From: an uncultured Chloroflexia bacterium
GTDB taxonomy: Bacteria; Chloroflexota; Limnocylindria; Limnocylindrales; CSP1-4
Direction: 5' to 3'
NCBI GenBank assembly: GCA_963704775.1
Contig: CAVPHR010000006.1
Location: 67,523 to 131,522, forward strand
DNA length: 64,000 nucleotides
In this document: positions 19,484 to 30,949 of the stretch, one piece after another
Position numbering within the stretch: the first letter of the stretch is position 1
Layout: each line of letters opens with the position of its first letter
Made by a program: the position numbers and the translations under genes
Notes under the pieces: model-generated
Told to the model about the DNA's origin: nothing
What the model saw: the letters and a program-made list of their open reading frames with translations, nothing else
Databases searched by the model: none

Positions 19484-21971
19484 TCATGGACAGGTCGAAG
19501 CTGAAGCCGACGCCGTCGCTCCGGTCGTTGACGAACCTGACCACGACGCTGCCCGAGGTCGGGTCGACGTAGCGGGTCGGCTCCGAGATGCGCATAGCGG
19601 GCGCCGCCGGCCAGGTGCGGCAGGCGGACCCAGTCGCCGGCGACCAGGTCGAACAGCTCGACCTCGGGCAGGCCGTCGAAGCCGGCCAGGGTGCAGTCGG
19701 GCGTCGGCGGATCCGCGCACGGCTCCGGGATCGCGGGCAGCGGTTCGAGGGTCTTGACCGGCGGGATGGCCGGCATGTCGCCCCCGAAGTTCATGCCCAT
19801 CGCGAGCTCGGTCGGCGCGAACGTGCCCCCGAACGGGATCGGCCGGTACGCGATCGTCGCGCTGCCCTTGCCGAAGTTGATGTTGAACGGGTCCTTGTTG
19901 AAGAACGCGGCGCTCGCGTCGATCGTGCTGGAGCGCAGCAGGTCGCCGCGGAACGTGGTCTTGCCGTGGACCGCGACGTCGGCCGGCAGGTAGTAGAGGA
20001 CGTTGCCCGTGGCCCGTGCCTTCTGGCCGACGATGTCGACCGGCAGGAGGCTGCCCGAGCCCCAGGCGAGGATGACCGCCCCGTCCGTGGCGAGCGACCC
20101 GGTCGCACCCCAGTTCGGGTCGTAGGTCAGCTGGTCGACGATCGTGTGGCGGATGTAGGTGTCCGTCATGTCGGCGGTGAGCTGGCCCGTGTCGCCGAAG
20201 AAGAGCGGCCCGACGACCTTGTCCGAGAGCGGCTGGCCGAAGGGGATCGGCGCGACGAGCGACGTCGACGTTCGCCACGGCGCCGGCCGCCAGGTCCTTC
20301 AGGTCGGCGACCGTGCCGCCGAGCACGACGGTCGGCTTCAGAAGCGCGACCGTCGAGGCGTTCTTGACGGTGCCCTTGAGGCGCCCGTCGATGAGCTGGA
20401 GGTCCGTCTCGATCAGGGGCACGCGTGACCGCGGTCTCGGCCCGGATCGTCCGCAGCGAGCCGAACCCGACGGCGAGGTCGCGGACCTTGGCCGGGTCGC
20501 CCTGCAGGACGTCGAGCGCCGAGGCCGTGCCGTCGCCGCCGAAGAAGTCGCCGCTGATCGGCGCCGAGAGCAGCGCCCCGCCCGGCACGTTGACCTGGTA
20601 CGTGCCGCGCGACGGCGAGAAGACCCCGATGTAGACCTGGGCGGTGCCGTCGGTGGCGCCGGGCGAGCCGCGGACGATGGCGACCTCGTTGACGAGCACG
20701 TCGCTGCCGCGCAGGAGCGCGCCGTACCCGTACGCCCCGACCGCGAAGACGCCGATGAGGGCCGGCATCGTGATCCAGGCCCAGTCGCGCCGGTCGAGGC
20801 GGCGGAGGACGAGGTAGTTGATCGGGCCGACGAGCAGGATGTAGGCCCCGAGCAGGACGATCAGTCCGCCGATCGGCGGCAGGGCCAGCGACGGGCAGTT
20901 GCGAGACCGCGCTCACGAGCTGGCTGTCGTCGCCGAGCACGAGGCCGGCGTACGTGCGGGCCGGGAGGAGTCGGCGCCAGAGGGTCTCGCCGGCGCTGCC
21001 GTCGGCGATCCACTTGGTCGAGGGGTCGAAGCCGATGAGCGTCACGGCGCCGCTGCCGTAGCCGCGCTCGGCGGCGACGACGCGGTCGCCGCTCGTCACG
21101 AGGGCGCGGCCGCTCGATCAGCGCGCCGCCGAGCGCCGGCAGGTCGGCCGTGTCCGCCGGGACGCTGCCGACGAGGCTGGTCAGAGAGGCTGGCCGGGAC
21201 GTCGACGGTGGCGCGTCGGCCGGTAGGGCAGCAGCGCGTCGGGGAAGGCCGACAGGCTGTTCGGCCCGGCCGTGCCGCCGACGATGACGAGGCGCCCGCC
21301 GCCGGCGACCCAGCCACGGAGCGACGCGAGCTGGTCCGGTCGTCAGCCGGTTCGAATCGACGTCCTGCCAGACGAGGCGGTCGAGGCCGCCCCACGCCTC
21401 GACGCGCTCGGGCAGGTCCTCCGGGTCGAGCGGCACGATGACCGGCGCGAGCTGGTTCTGGTTCGGGAGCAGGTCGATCGGCCCCGACGATGTCGCCGGG
21501 CCGCTCGGCGACGACGCCGACGACGAGCTGGGTCCCGTCGTGGACGTGAAGCCGACCTTGGCCTTGGCGATGACCTGCTCACCGTCGACGAGCGCGACCT
21601 CGAGCTCGCGCCCGAAGGCCGGCGGCTGGGCGTACAGGACGAAGGTCTTGTCCGAGAGGGTCGGCAGGTCGACGACCTGGCCGAACCGGGTCCGGCCCTG
21701 CGAGCCGCCGGCCATCCGCAGCTCGCCGATCGAGCGCCGGACCGTCGTTCTTGATGTGGACCGAGATCGCCATCCACGACCCGACGCGGGCGTGCCCGTC
21801 GAGCAGGGCCTGTGCCTCCATCGTGAGGCCGTCGGCAGCGACGGCCGGCGCCGGGATCAGGCCAAGGGCGACGAGCGCGAGGAGCGCGGTCGCCACCAGC
21901 GGGCGCGTGCGACGGCCGTGATGCGCATGTCGGGCGGCGACGGCCAGGCCGGCTCGGGGATGGAGGCGCAC
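19484..21971 (-). CDS. large signal-peptide membrane protein, possible auxiliary component of the adjacent ABC-2 exporter (GldG/DUF4350-like, tentative), frameshifted (at least 6)
   Basis: Rebuilt from six fragments. 21579..21971: signal peptide LVATALLALVALGLIPAPAVAADG. 20861..21715: FVLYAQPPAFGRELEVALVDGE...VIVPLDPEDLPERVEAWGGLDRLVWQDVD. 20413..21099: AAERGYGSGAVTLIGFDPSTKWI. 20166..20768: TM helix MPALIGVFAVGAYGYGALL. The rest comes from 19484..20422 and 19264..20169. The stop is 5 nt before the ABC ATPase start. The family call is from memory of motif style only. Confidence 0.55.
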
Positions 21972-22157
21972 GAGGACTCCGCGAGGGGTTCGGCTTGCGA
22001 TGGTCGGAGCAAGGACGTCTCACCCCGTGTGAAAGTTGCGTAGGCGGGCGAGACGCGAGCGGGCCCCGAGCCGCATGGTCGCGTCGCCGCTGCTCGTATC
22101 GTACGATGCCATCGTCCCGCACGCCGTCGGCCCCCGTGCCGCCCTCCCGAAGGTCCC

Positions 22158-23485
<1,328 letters not shown>

Positions 23486-23492
<7 letters not shown>

Positions 23493-24376
23493 GCCCGTTG
23501 CCCGACCAGACCCCCGACGCGATCCTCGCCCAGGCCCAGCTCCCGCCGATCAACGGCCGGCCCGTCCGCAAGGACGAGATCGAGCTCCACGATCGCGGGC
23601 TCTACATCGAATCGTGGCTGCCGGAGCGCCGATCGCGCCGCAAGCCGCTGCTGTTCGTCCACGGCGAGCTGACCGGCTCGTGGCTCTGGGAGCGCTACCT
23701 CGGCTACTTCGCGGGGCGCGGCTGGGAGGGCCACGCCCTCAACCTGCGCAACCACCACTGGTCGCAGACCGCCGACCCGGCGCAGCTCTCGTTCGACACC
23801 TACACCGAGGACGTGGTCGCGCGCTCGAGCGGCTCGGCCCGTCGACGGTCGTCGATCGGCCACGGGATGGGCGGCCTGCTCGCGCTCAAGGCGGCCGAGC
23901 GGATGCCGATCAGCGGCATCGTCCTGCATCGGCCCCGAGCTGCCGCGCGACCTGCGCCCGCCGGCCCGGCCGTACGAGCTCCGCGAGATCCCCGAGGTCT
24001 ACGGCCGGTCGATGATCGGCTGGGAGACGCTCCCCGAGCGACTGGTCCGCGACCACCGCGACCTGACCCTCGCGGACGTCCTGCGCATCCAGCACCTGCT
24101 CGGCCAGAAGCCGCACGAGGCCGGCGCCGCCCGGCGCCAGATGCTGGCCGGCGTCAGGTCGACCGGCGGGGCGTCGAGGCCGTCCCGCGGCTGGTCATCG
24201 GCGGCGGCCTCGACCGGGCGGTCACCGCCGACGAGGCCGAGCGGCTGGCGGAGTGGCTGGACGCCGAGTTCGAGCCGTTCGGCGCGCACTCGCACTACGG
24301 CCTGGTCATCGGCGAGAACAGCTACCAGCAGGTCGCCGAGGCGATCCGCGGGTTCCTGGAGACGCACCGCCTCTGA
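23486..24376 (+). CDS. alpha/beta hydrolase fold protein, frameshifted (about 4); nucleophile elbow reads GHGMG
   Basis: PLLFVHGELTGSWLWERY..., IGHGMGGLLALKAAE (a G-x-S-x-G position with Gly where Ser is expected), ...VPRLVIGGGLDRAV...FGAHSHYGLV. The middle segments come from frames 23614.. and 24012... Confidence 0.7.
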
Positions 24377-24443
24377 GGGGATCGGCTCGTCGTCTGGTAT
24401 CATCCCGACCGGCCGGGCGGTCCCGTCGCCCGCGCCACTTCTG

Positions 24444-24520
24444 GCCGCATTCGTCTAGAGGCCCAGGACACCGCCCTCTCAAGGCGGAGATCACCGGTTC
24501 GAATCCGGTATGCGGTACCA
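24444..24520 (+). tRNA. tRNA-Glu: tRNA-Glu (anticodon CUC)
   Basis: Cloverleaf by eye. Acceptor GCCGCAT/ATGCGGT (G1-U72 wobble). Anticodon stem CCGCC/GGCGG with loop CTCTCAA (anticodon CTC). T-arm ACCGG-TTCGAAT-CCGGT. Discriminator A, and CCA is encoded (24518-24520). Confidence 0.9.
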
Positions 24521-24553
24521 ACCCCCTGATCGCCGGCCCGGCGAAAGCCTTGC

Positions 24554-26642
24554 CTACGGCCCGACCGGCGTCAGCGCGATCCCGCTCGCCATGATGTTCG
24601 CGCCAGCCTTCATCGGGCCGACCGTGCCCCCGGACGCGATGTACCCGTCGGCCATCGCCATGCCCGGGTACGACGTGCCCGCGGTCAGCCCGTTGACGAG
24701 GAACGCGCCGTCCGCCCCGGTCCGCGCGAACGAGACGATCTGGCTCTGCTGGGGGTTGTCGAACCACGCCTGGAGGTCGGTGCCGGGCGCCAGGAGGTAG
24801 ACGACCGCGCCGGCGATCGGCGCGGCCGCTGTCCGCGTCCACGACGAGGCCGGCCAGCGTCGCGACCTCGCTCGCCCCGACCGGGCCGATGGTCGTCTGG
24901 CCGGTGGTCATCGGTCGGAGCGTCGGTCCGCCGAAGACCTCGACCTGGTACGTCCCGTCCGGGAGGCCGCGGTCGTAGTAGAGCTGGGTGAAGTAGCAGC
25001 CGCCGTTCTCGGCGCCCTGCGGGAGGCGGATGCCGCCGCGGTTGACGACCTCGCCGTCGAGCCGCCACTGGCTGACGACGTCCTCGCCGCTCGCGAAGCC
25101 CGGTGTGCTTGACCGAGGCCACGATGTTCGTGGTCCCCGACGGGTAGTTGTTGAGCCGCTTCTGCGGCGGGCAGACGGCGCCACTGTCGGTCCATGTGTC
25201 CACCGTCATGCTCTCGCGGCCGGTCGCCGCCGACCACGTACTTGCTGTCGACCGACCGGCGGCCCGCCTTGGCCCCGTCGATGAGCGGCATGACGAGCGC
25301 GATCGGCCGGACCCACGAATAGCCACCGACGTCCTCACGTGCTCGCGTCGGGATCCCGATGATCGACCCGGCCTCGTTCGCGGCCAGGCCGCCGGAGTTG
25401 CCACTGCTGATGACGGCATCGGTCTTGATCCAGGCGCGCGACCCGATCCGGTCGTCGCTCAGGAAGCCGGACACGCGGCCGGAGCTCAGGCTGATCGTGT
25501 TGCCGCCGATGCCGGGGAAGCCGACGACCGTCAGCGGGTCACCCGCGTGCAGCGTGTCCGAGACGCCGATCGGGACGGTCGGCAGGGTCAGCGGGGCGCC
25601 CGAGAGCGGCCGCCCGGCAAGGTCACGATCGATCTTGATGACGGCGGCGTCGAGGTAGCCGTCCGCCGCGACGACGCTCGCGCGGTACTTCGGCACAGCC
25701 GGCTGGTCCTCCGACTCGATGACAGCGACGACCAGGTCCTCGGGATCGACTTCCGGCGTCGGGTCCATCGTCGAACACGCCGCGACCGGCCGCCGAGGGC
25801 ATGGCCACATGGGCGTTCGTGAGGATGAGTCCGCCTGGCGTGATGATCGTGCCGGAGCCCCAGCCGTAGGCCTGCTCCTGCCCGCCGATCGTCGCGACCA
25901 TCAGGATCTGGACCGTGGCGTTGACGAGGTCGGACGCAGCGGCCGGGGTCGGTCGGCGCGCCCTCGGTCGGGTCGCCGACCGAGGCCAGCTGCGGCCCTC
26001 CGAGCGCTCGTCCGAGGACGGGTCCCGGCACGGCCGCGGTCCCGGCCCGACCGGCGATCTGGCGGGCGAAGCGATCGAAGTCGGGCAGTGCGGCCTCGAG
26101 CTTGTCGGGCGGCGCCTCGACGATGACGGCGAGCACGCGGTCCTCGGGGAAGAGGGCGCCGTCCGCGAAGTAGTGCTCGATCGCCTCGATCGCGGTCGTC
26201 TGGCCGCCAGGGGCATGGTCGACGAACGTGTAGCGGACCTCGTATGTCGGCACGGAGCCGAGCGCGCCCGGGCCCTCCGACGACACCTTGAACGCCTCGA
26301 GCAGGTTCGCGCGGTCGGCGATCCGGCGAGCCGCTGCGTCCTCCGGTGTCACGGTCCCGCCTGCGGCCGCGTCGATGGCCGCGACGCCATAACGCAGGTC
26401 CGGGTCGAGCGGGTCGTACGCGGTCAGCAGGCGGTCACCGGCGGCCGGCAGGACGATCCAGCCGGCCGGCAGCTCGGCGTTGAGCCCGCCTGCGTCGACC
26501 TGCTGCGTGGCGCGCTCGACGTTGTTCCGGATGAGCAGCCCGGCCGCGATGGCGACCAGGACCACGACGATGACGGCGACGAACGACTGCAGCTCGCGCC
26601 GGTCGCGAGCCGCTCGCGGGCTGGCGGCGACGGCCGCGGTCA
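24554..26642 (-). CDS. membrane-anchored trypsin-like (S1/HtrA-type) serine protease with C-terminal beta-sandwich domain, frameshifted (at least 4)
   Basis: The GTG at about 26642 overlaps the prsW stop. It has an N-terminal TM (FVAVIVVVLVAIAAGLLI). The catalytic triad pieces lie in different frames: GLILTNAHV (His), YLDAAVIKID (Asp), SSGNSGGLAANEAG (Ser). The C-terminus ...AVVYLLAPGTDLQAWF...GADGAFLVNGLTAGTSY resembles a carboxypeptidase-regulatory-like fold and ends at TAG 24554-24556. Confidence 0.75.
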
Positions 26643-27594
26643 CGACGAGGCCCCCGCTCCGGCGCCGGCCTCGGCGCTGCCCTGCGCCAGTTCCCGCCGG
26701 ATGAGGGTGGACAGGACGGCCGTCACGGCCGCGGCAAGGACCGCGGCGAGGACCAGCCCGATCCACGGCGCGATCGCGGCGAGCGGGCCCTCGATCGTGC
26801 CCGCGCCCGACGGTGCTGCGCAGGAAGAAGAACGTGCCGTTGAGGCGGCCGCAAGGGCCACGCCGGCCGGCATCCACCAGATCGGCCGCGGCTCGAACTT
26901 CTGGCGTCCCGAGGAAGTAGCCGATGACGCCGCCGAACGACGCGTGGGCGAGCGACGTCAGCACGATGCGGATCGCGCCCGTGCCGAGGTCGACGCCGCC
27001 CGAATCGACGACGAACGCGACGTTGAGCGCGGTCGCGAAGCCGAGGCCGACCGCCGTCCCGTAGATGATCCCGTCGGTCCGCTCGTCGAACTCGCGCGAG
27101 TCGTAGACGGACAGCCGGATCGTGAGGTACTTCAGGCCCTCCTGGGCGAAGCCGACGACGAGGATGCCGCCCGCGAGGTGGACGAGCGGCGAGGTGAACA
27201 GCCAGCTGCCGACATCGAAGAGCTGGTCGACGAGCGGGATGGCGATCGCGGTAGCGACCAGCGCGCCGAGCACGAACTCGCCGACGACCATCGTCCGCGG
27301 CTCGGGCTCGAGGCGGTCGCGACGGTAGAAGAAGCCCAGCCAGACGACGGCCGGCACGATGGCGATGACCAGCCCGATGACGGTCAGGGCCGTGCCGGAG
27401 AGCTGGGGCTGGACCAGCGAGTCGATGGCGTACAGGACGACGACGAACGCGACGAGCAGGACGATCGACGCGACGTCAGCCTGCCAGCCGCCCCGGCGCT
27501 CGCGCGTCGCCCGTTCGAAGTGGAGGTCGCAGAACGCGTAGTCGCCGATCGACCGTGTCGCCGGCTCGTCGCAGATCCTGCACGTCCCGCTCAT
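26640..27594 (-). CDS. PrsW-family intramembrane protease with N-terminal Cys-rich (zinc-ribbon-like) segment, frameshifted near 3' end
   Basis: Lies within ORF 25588..27633. The ATG at 27594 gives MSGTCRICDEPATRSIGDYAFCDLH. It is multi-TM, with FAQEGLKYLTIR and LTSLAHASFGGVIGYFLG motifs typical of the PrsW family. The C-terminal TM is recovered from frame 26640..26873. Confidence 0.7.
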
Positions 27595-27743
27595 GGTCCT
27601 CCGTCCTGCCCGCTTCACCCTCCCAGTGGGCACGGCCGGCCACCCAGACCCCGACTGGTCCGCATGCTAGCGCCCGACCGTGGGCTGTCAATGCCCGTCC
27701 GGGCGGCCTCCGGCGAGGTGGCGCGTTTCCCTACACTCCCCCG

Positions 27744-28841
27744 ATGCGACCGACCGACCTGCGCCGCCTCGTCATCCTCGCCGAAGGGCAGTTCGGCGCC
27801 CACCACGCCAAGACCGCGTACGGCGTCATCCGCTACGGACGCGACGACGTCGTCGCGGTCCTCGATTCGACGCAGGCCGGCCAGAACGTCGACGCGTACC
27901 TGCCCGGCCACGACATCCCGATCGTCGCGACGCTCGACGAGGCGCTCGCGCTGCCGAGCCCGCCCGACGCGCTGCTGATCGGCATCGCGCCGACCGGCGG
28001 CAGGCTGCCGGCGGCGTGGCGGGCGATCATCCTCGACGGCGATCGCGGCCGGCCTCGACGTCCTGTCCGGGCTGCACACGTTCCTCGGCGACGACCCGGA
28101 GTTCGCGGCGGCGGCCGCGGCGCGCGGGCACCGCGATCGTCGACTACCGGCGCCCGCCGGACCGGATGGAGACCGCCGTCGGCCGCCGCCACGCGCCGGG
28201 CAAGCGGGTGATCCTGACGGTCGGCACCGACTGCGCGATCGGCAAGATGTCGGTCGCGCTCGAGCTGCGCGGGCGGCCGCTCGCGCGCCGGCGATCGCGC
28301 CGTCGTTCGTGCCGACCGGCCAGACCGGGATGATGATCGAGGGCTGGGGCGTCGCGGTCGACCGGCTGATCAGCGACTTCGCCCAGGGCACCGTCGAGTG
28401 GCTGGTCGAGCAGGGCGAGGCGCTGGGCGACTGGGTCATCGTCGAGGGCCAGGGCTCGCTCGACCACCCGGCCTACTCGTCGGTGACGCTCGCGCTCATC
28501 CACGGCGCGACGCCGCAGGCGATGGTCATGGTCCACAAGCCGGGCCTCGCCGAGCACGACTTCGACCACCTGCCCGAGGCGTCGTTCCCGATCGCGACGC
28601 TGCCCGGGTTCATCGACCTGCACGAGCGGGTCGCCGGGCTCGTCGCGCCGTCGAAGGTCGTGGCGGTCGCGCTCAACACGTCGCTCTACCCGCGACGACG
28701 ACGAGGCGCGCGCCGGTCGATCGCCGCGATCGCGGCCGAGACCGGGCTGCCGGCCGACGACCCGGTCCGGTTCGGCGCGGACCGGCTGTGGGCGGCGATC
28801 CGCGACGGCCGTCGACGCGCTGCCGTGGGTCGCGGCGATGA
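27744..28841 (+). CDS. DUF1611 family protein (DgcN-type putative N-acetyltransferase), frameshifted (at least 2)
   Basis: The ATG at 27744 gives MRPTDLRRLVILAEGQFGAHHAKTAYGVIRYGRDDVVAVLD. Later pieces are VILTVGTDCAIGKMSVALEL (frame 27680..) and MMIEGWGVAVDRLISDFAQGTVEWLV...IVEGQGSLDHPAYSSVTLALIHG (frame 28309..). The 3' end is inferred from an ATGA overlap with the next gene. Confidence 0.75.
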
Positions 28842-29884
28842 GCCTGACCGTCACGCCACGAGGTCCTGCACCTCGCCCTGCGCGACCCGTTCCGGATCGC
28901 CCGCACCGACCACGACTCGGGCGACGGGCGTGACGACGGTCGTCGTCGAGCTGCGCGACGACCGGTTCCCGGGCATCGTCGGGGTGGGGGAGGGCTACCC
29001 GGACCGGTTCTACGGCGAGACGCCCGAGACGATGGCGGCGGTCTTCCCGCTGCTGCTCGACGCGGTCGGCGAGCTCGACGCCGACGCGGCCGGGCCTGCG
29101 AGCGCCGCCGACCCGGCGATGGACGGCGGCGATCCGCTGGCCACGGCGCGGCCAAGTGCGCCGTCGACATCGCCCTGCACGACCTCGTCGGCAAGGTCCT
29201 CGGCGTCCCGGTCCACGAGCTGCTCGGCCTGTCGGCCGAGATCCCGCCGACCGACTTCACGATCGGCATCGACGAGCCGGCGATCGTCGCCGAGCGCGCC
29301 GCCCGCGCGGCCGACTTCCCGGCGCTCAAGATCAAGTGCGGCGGGCCGCAGGACCTCGCGACGCTCGGGCGGTCCGCGAGCGTCTTCGACGGCCCGATCC
29401 GGGTCGACGCCAACACCGGCTGGACCCGCGACGACGCCGAGCGCGCTGCTGCCCGAGCTCGATCGACCTCGGCGTCGAGCTGATCGAGCAGCCGTTCCCG
29501 GCGCGCGCCTACCGCGACCTCGCGCTGGCTCCAGGAGCGCTCGTCGCTGCCGATCGTCGCCGACGAGAGCGCGGTCACCGATCGAGGACCTCGACGCGCT
29601 GGTCGGCGTCGTCGGCGGGCGTCAACGTCAAGCTCGCCAAGTGCGGCGGGATCGGGCCGGCCAAGGCGATGCTCGAGCGCGCGCGCGAGCTCGGCTTCCG
29701 GACGTTCCTCGGCTGCATGGAGGAGACGTCGGTCGGGATCGCCGGCGTCGGCGGCCGTCGCGTCGCTCGCCGACTGGGTCGACCTCGACGGCTGCCTGCT
29801 GCTCGCCGACGACCCGTTCGAGGGCCTCGAGCTGGGCGCCGACCACCGCTGGATCCTGTCCGCCGCGGCCGGGCCTCGGGCTGA
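28838..29884 (+). CDS. enolase-superfamily dipeptide-epimerase / N-acyl-amino-acid racemase-like protein (DgcA-type), frameshifted (at least 5)
   Basis: The ATG at 28838 gives MSLTVTPR. Pieces in three frames: VLHLALRDPFRIART, VTTVVVELRDDRFPGIVGVGEGYP, AKCAVDIALHDLVGKVLGVPVHELLG, FPALKIKCGG (KxK), IRVDANTGW, VELIEQPFP, AGVNVKLAKCGGIGPA, GCMEETSVGIA. The stop taken at 29882-29884 sits 40 nt before a terminator hairpin. Confidence 0.75.
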
Positions 29885-29923
29885 CCGCGCCGGCACGCCT
29901 GAACCGGTTCACGCTCGTACCGC

Positions 29924-29946
29924 ACGGGCGTTCGGTGAACGCCCGT
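29924..29946 (+). terminator. hairpin terminator candidate after the epimerase gene
   Basis: Perfect 10-bp inverted repeat ACGGGCGTTC-GGT-GAACGCCCGT, followed by TCGTGTGG (a weak U-tract). Confidence 0.5.
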
Positions 29947-30193
29947 TCGTGTGGATAACTTGGTGGACGAAGTCGTGGACAAGCCCCCTTCCCGGCGGTC
30001 CGGACGCGGTCCTACGATAGTCGGCATCCACCGGCCGGCAGGGACCCGAGGGAGCGGCAGGCCGGAGGCCATCCGGGACCATGTCCGGCGGGCGGACCGA
30101 CCCGTCCGACCCGTCGGACCGTGCTTCGTATTGCCTCACGCCGTCCGCGCCATCGTGCCGGCCCGCGGGGATCGGAGGGAGGGCAGGCCATCG

Positions 30194-30633
30194 ATGGAAT
30201 CCACGCAGCGCCAGCCTCGCAGACGCCCGACCCGGACGCCGTCGAGTTCGTGCGGTTCTGCTACCGCCGCCGACGCGTCGGCTGGCCGGAGCTGTATGAC
30301 GAGATGTGCGCGGTGGCGGGGCGCGGCCTGTTCCGCGGCTACGAGCGCGGACGACCTGGCCGGGCTCGGGATCGGGTTCAGCCTCTTCGACATGCCGGCC
30401 CTGGCCGTCCTGGCCGCCCGGATCGTCGCCGAGGAGCAGGCGCTCCGCCGTCCGGTCGCCGTCGTGATCGCGGCCGAGCCGTGGCTCGGTGCGGCCGTGG
30501 CCGACGAGCCGCAGCCGTCGGCGACTCACCGACGACCGCCGCCGAGGCGTCGATCCCGACCGACCCCGCCGACGAGCGGTCCGTTCGACGTCGCCGAGTC
30601 CGCCGATCGTCCTCGTCGCCGTCCGGCGCCTGA
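30194..30633 (+). CDS. hypothetical protein (conserved-looking core FVRFCYRRRRVGWPELYDEMCAVAGRGLF / DDLAGLGIGFSLFDMPALAVLAARIV), frameshifted; 3' end uncertain
   Basis: The ATG at 30194 is preceded by GGAGGGAGG. Protein-like segments lie in two frames (30121..30633 and 29951..31153). No family recognised. The end coordinate is a guess (stop of frame 30121..30633). Confidence 0.35.
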
Positions 30634-30709
30634 CCCGCACGCGATCTCGTCCCGTCGGTCATCGACGGAGGTCTCGAACCCCGCGTCGCGCCGGGCGGTC
30701 GTTCGGGAT

Positions 30710-30937
30710 TCAGGCGCGGATGCGGCGCCTCGCCATCTCGCCCTCGATCTGGCGCTCCGCCTCGACGTAGCGGTCGATCTGCTCGCGGAGCTGGTTCGCC
30801 TCGGGCGTGTAGAGGTGGACCTGCTGCTGGAGGATGTACGACAGCCGCCGGCTGGTCATCCGGACGTGGTCGAGGTTCTTCATCAGGACCAGCGGATCCA
30901 TCGAGGCCAGGTCCGACGGGTGGTACATCTGCTGCAT
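30710..30937 (-). CDS. small hypothetical protein (75 aa), probably leaderless
   Basis: Intact ORF: MQQMYHPSDLASMDPLVLMKNLDHVRMTSRRLSYILQQQVHLYTPEANQLREQIDRYVEAERQIEGEMARRRIRA. It has balanced composition, lower GC than its neighbours and a predicted helical C-terminus. TAGAAT lies 6 nt upstream of the ATG and there is no SD. Confidence 0.65.
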   Translation of the reverse strand: MQQMYHPSDLASMDPLVLMKNLDHVRMTSRRLSYILQQQVHLYTPEANQLREQIDRYVEAERQIEGEMARRRIRA

Positions 30938-30943
30938 GGCGGC

Positions 30944-30949
30944 ATTCTA
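30944..30949 (-). promoter_or_regulatory. -10 element (TAGAAT) positioned for a leaderless transcript of the 75-aa ORF
   Basis: The minus strand reads ...CTC TAGAAT GCCGCC ATG. The 6-nt spacer puts the expected transcription start on the A of the start codon. No Shine-Dalgarno sequence is present. Confidence 0.4.
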
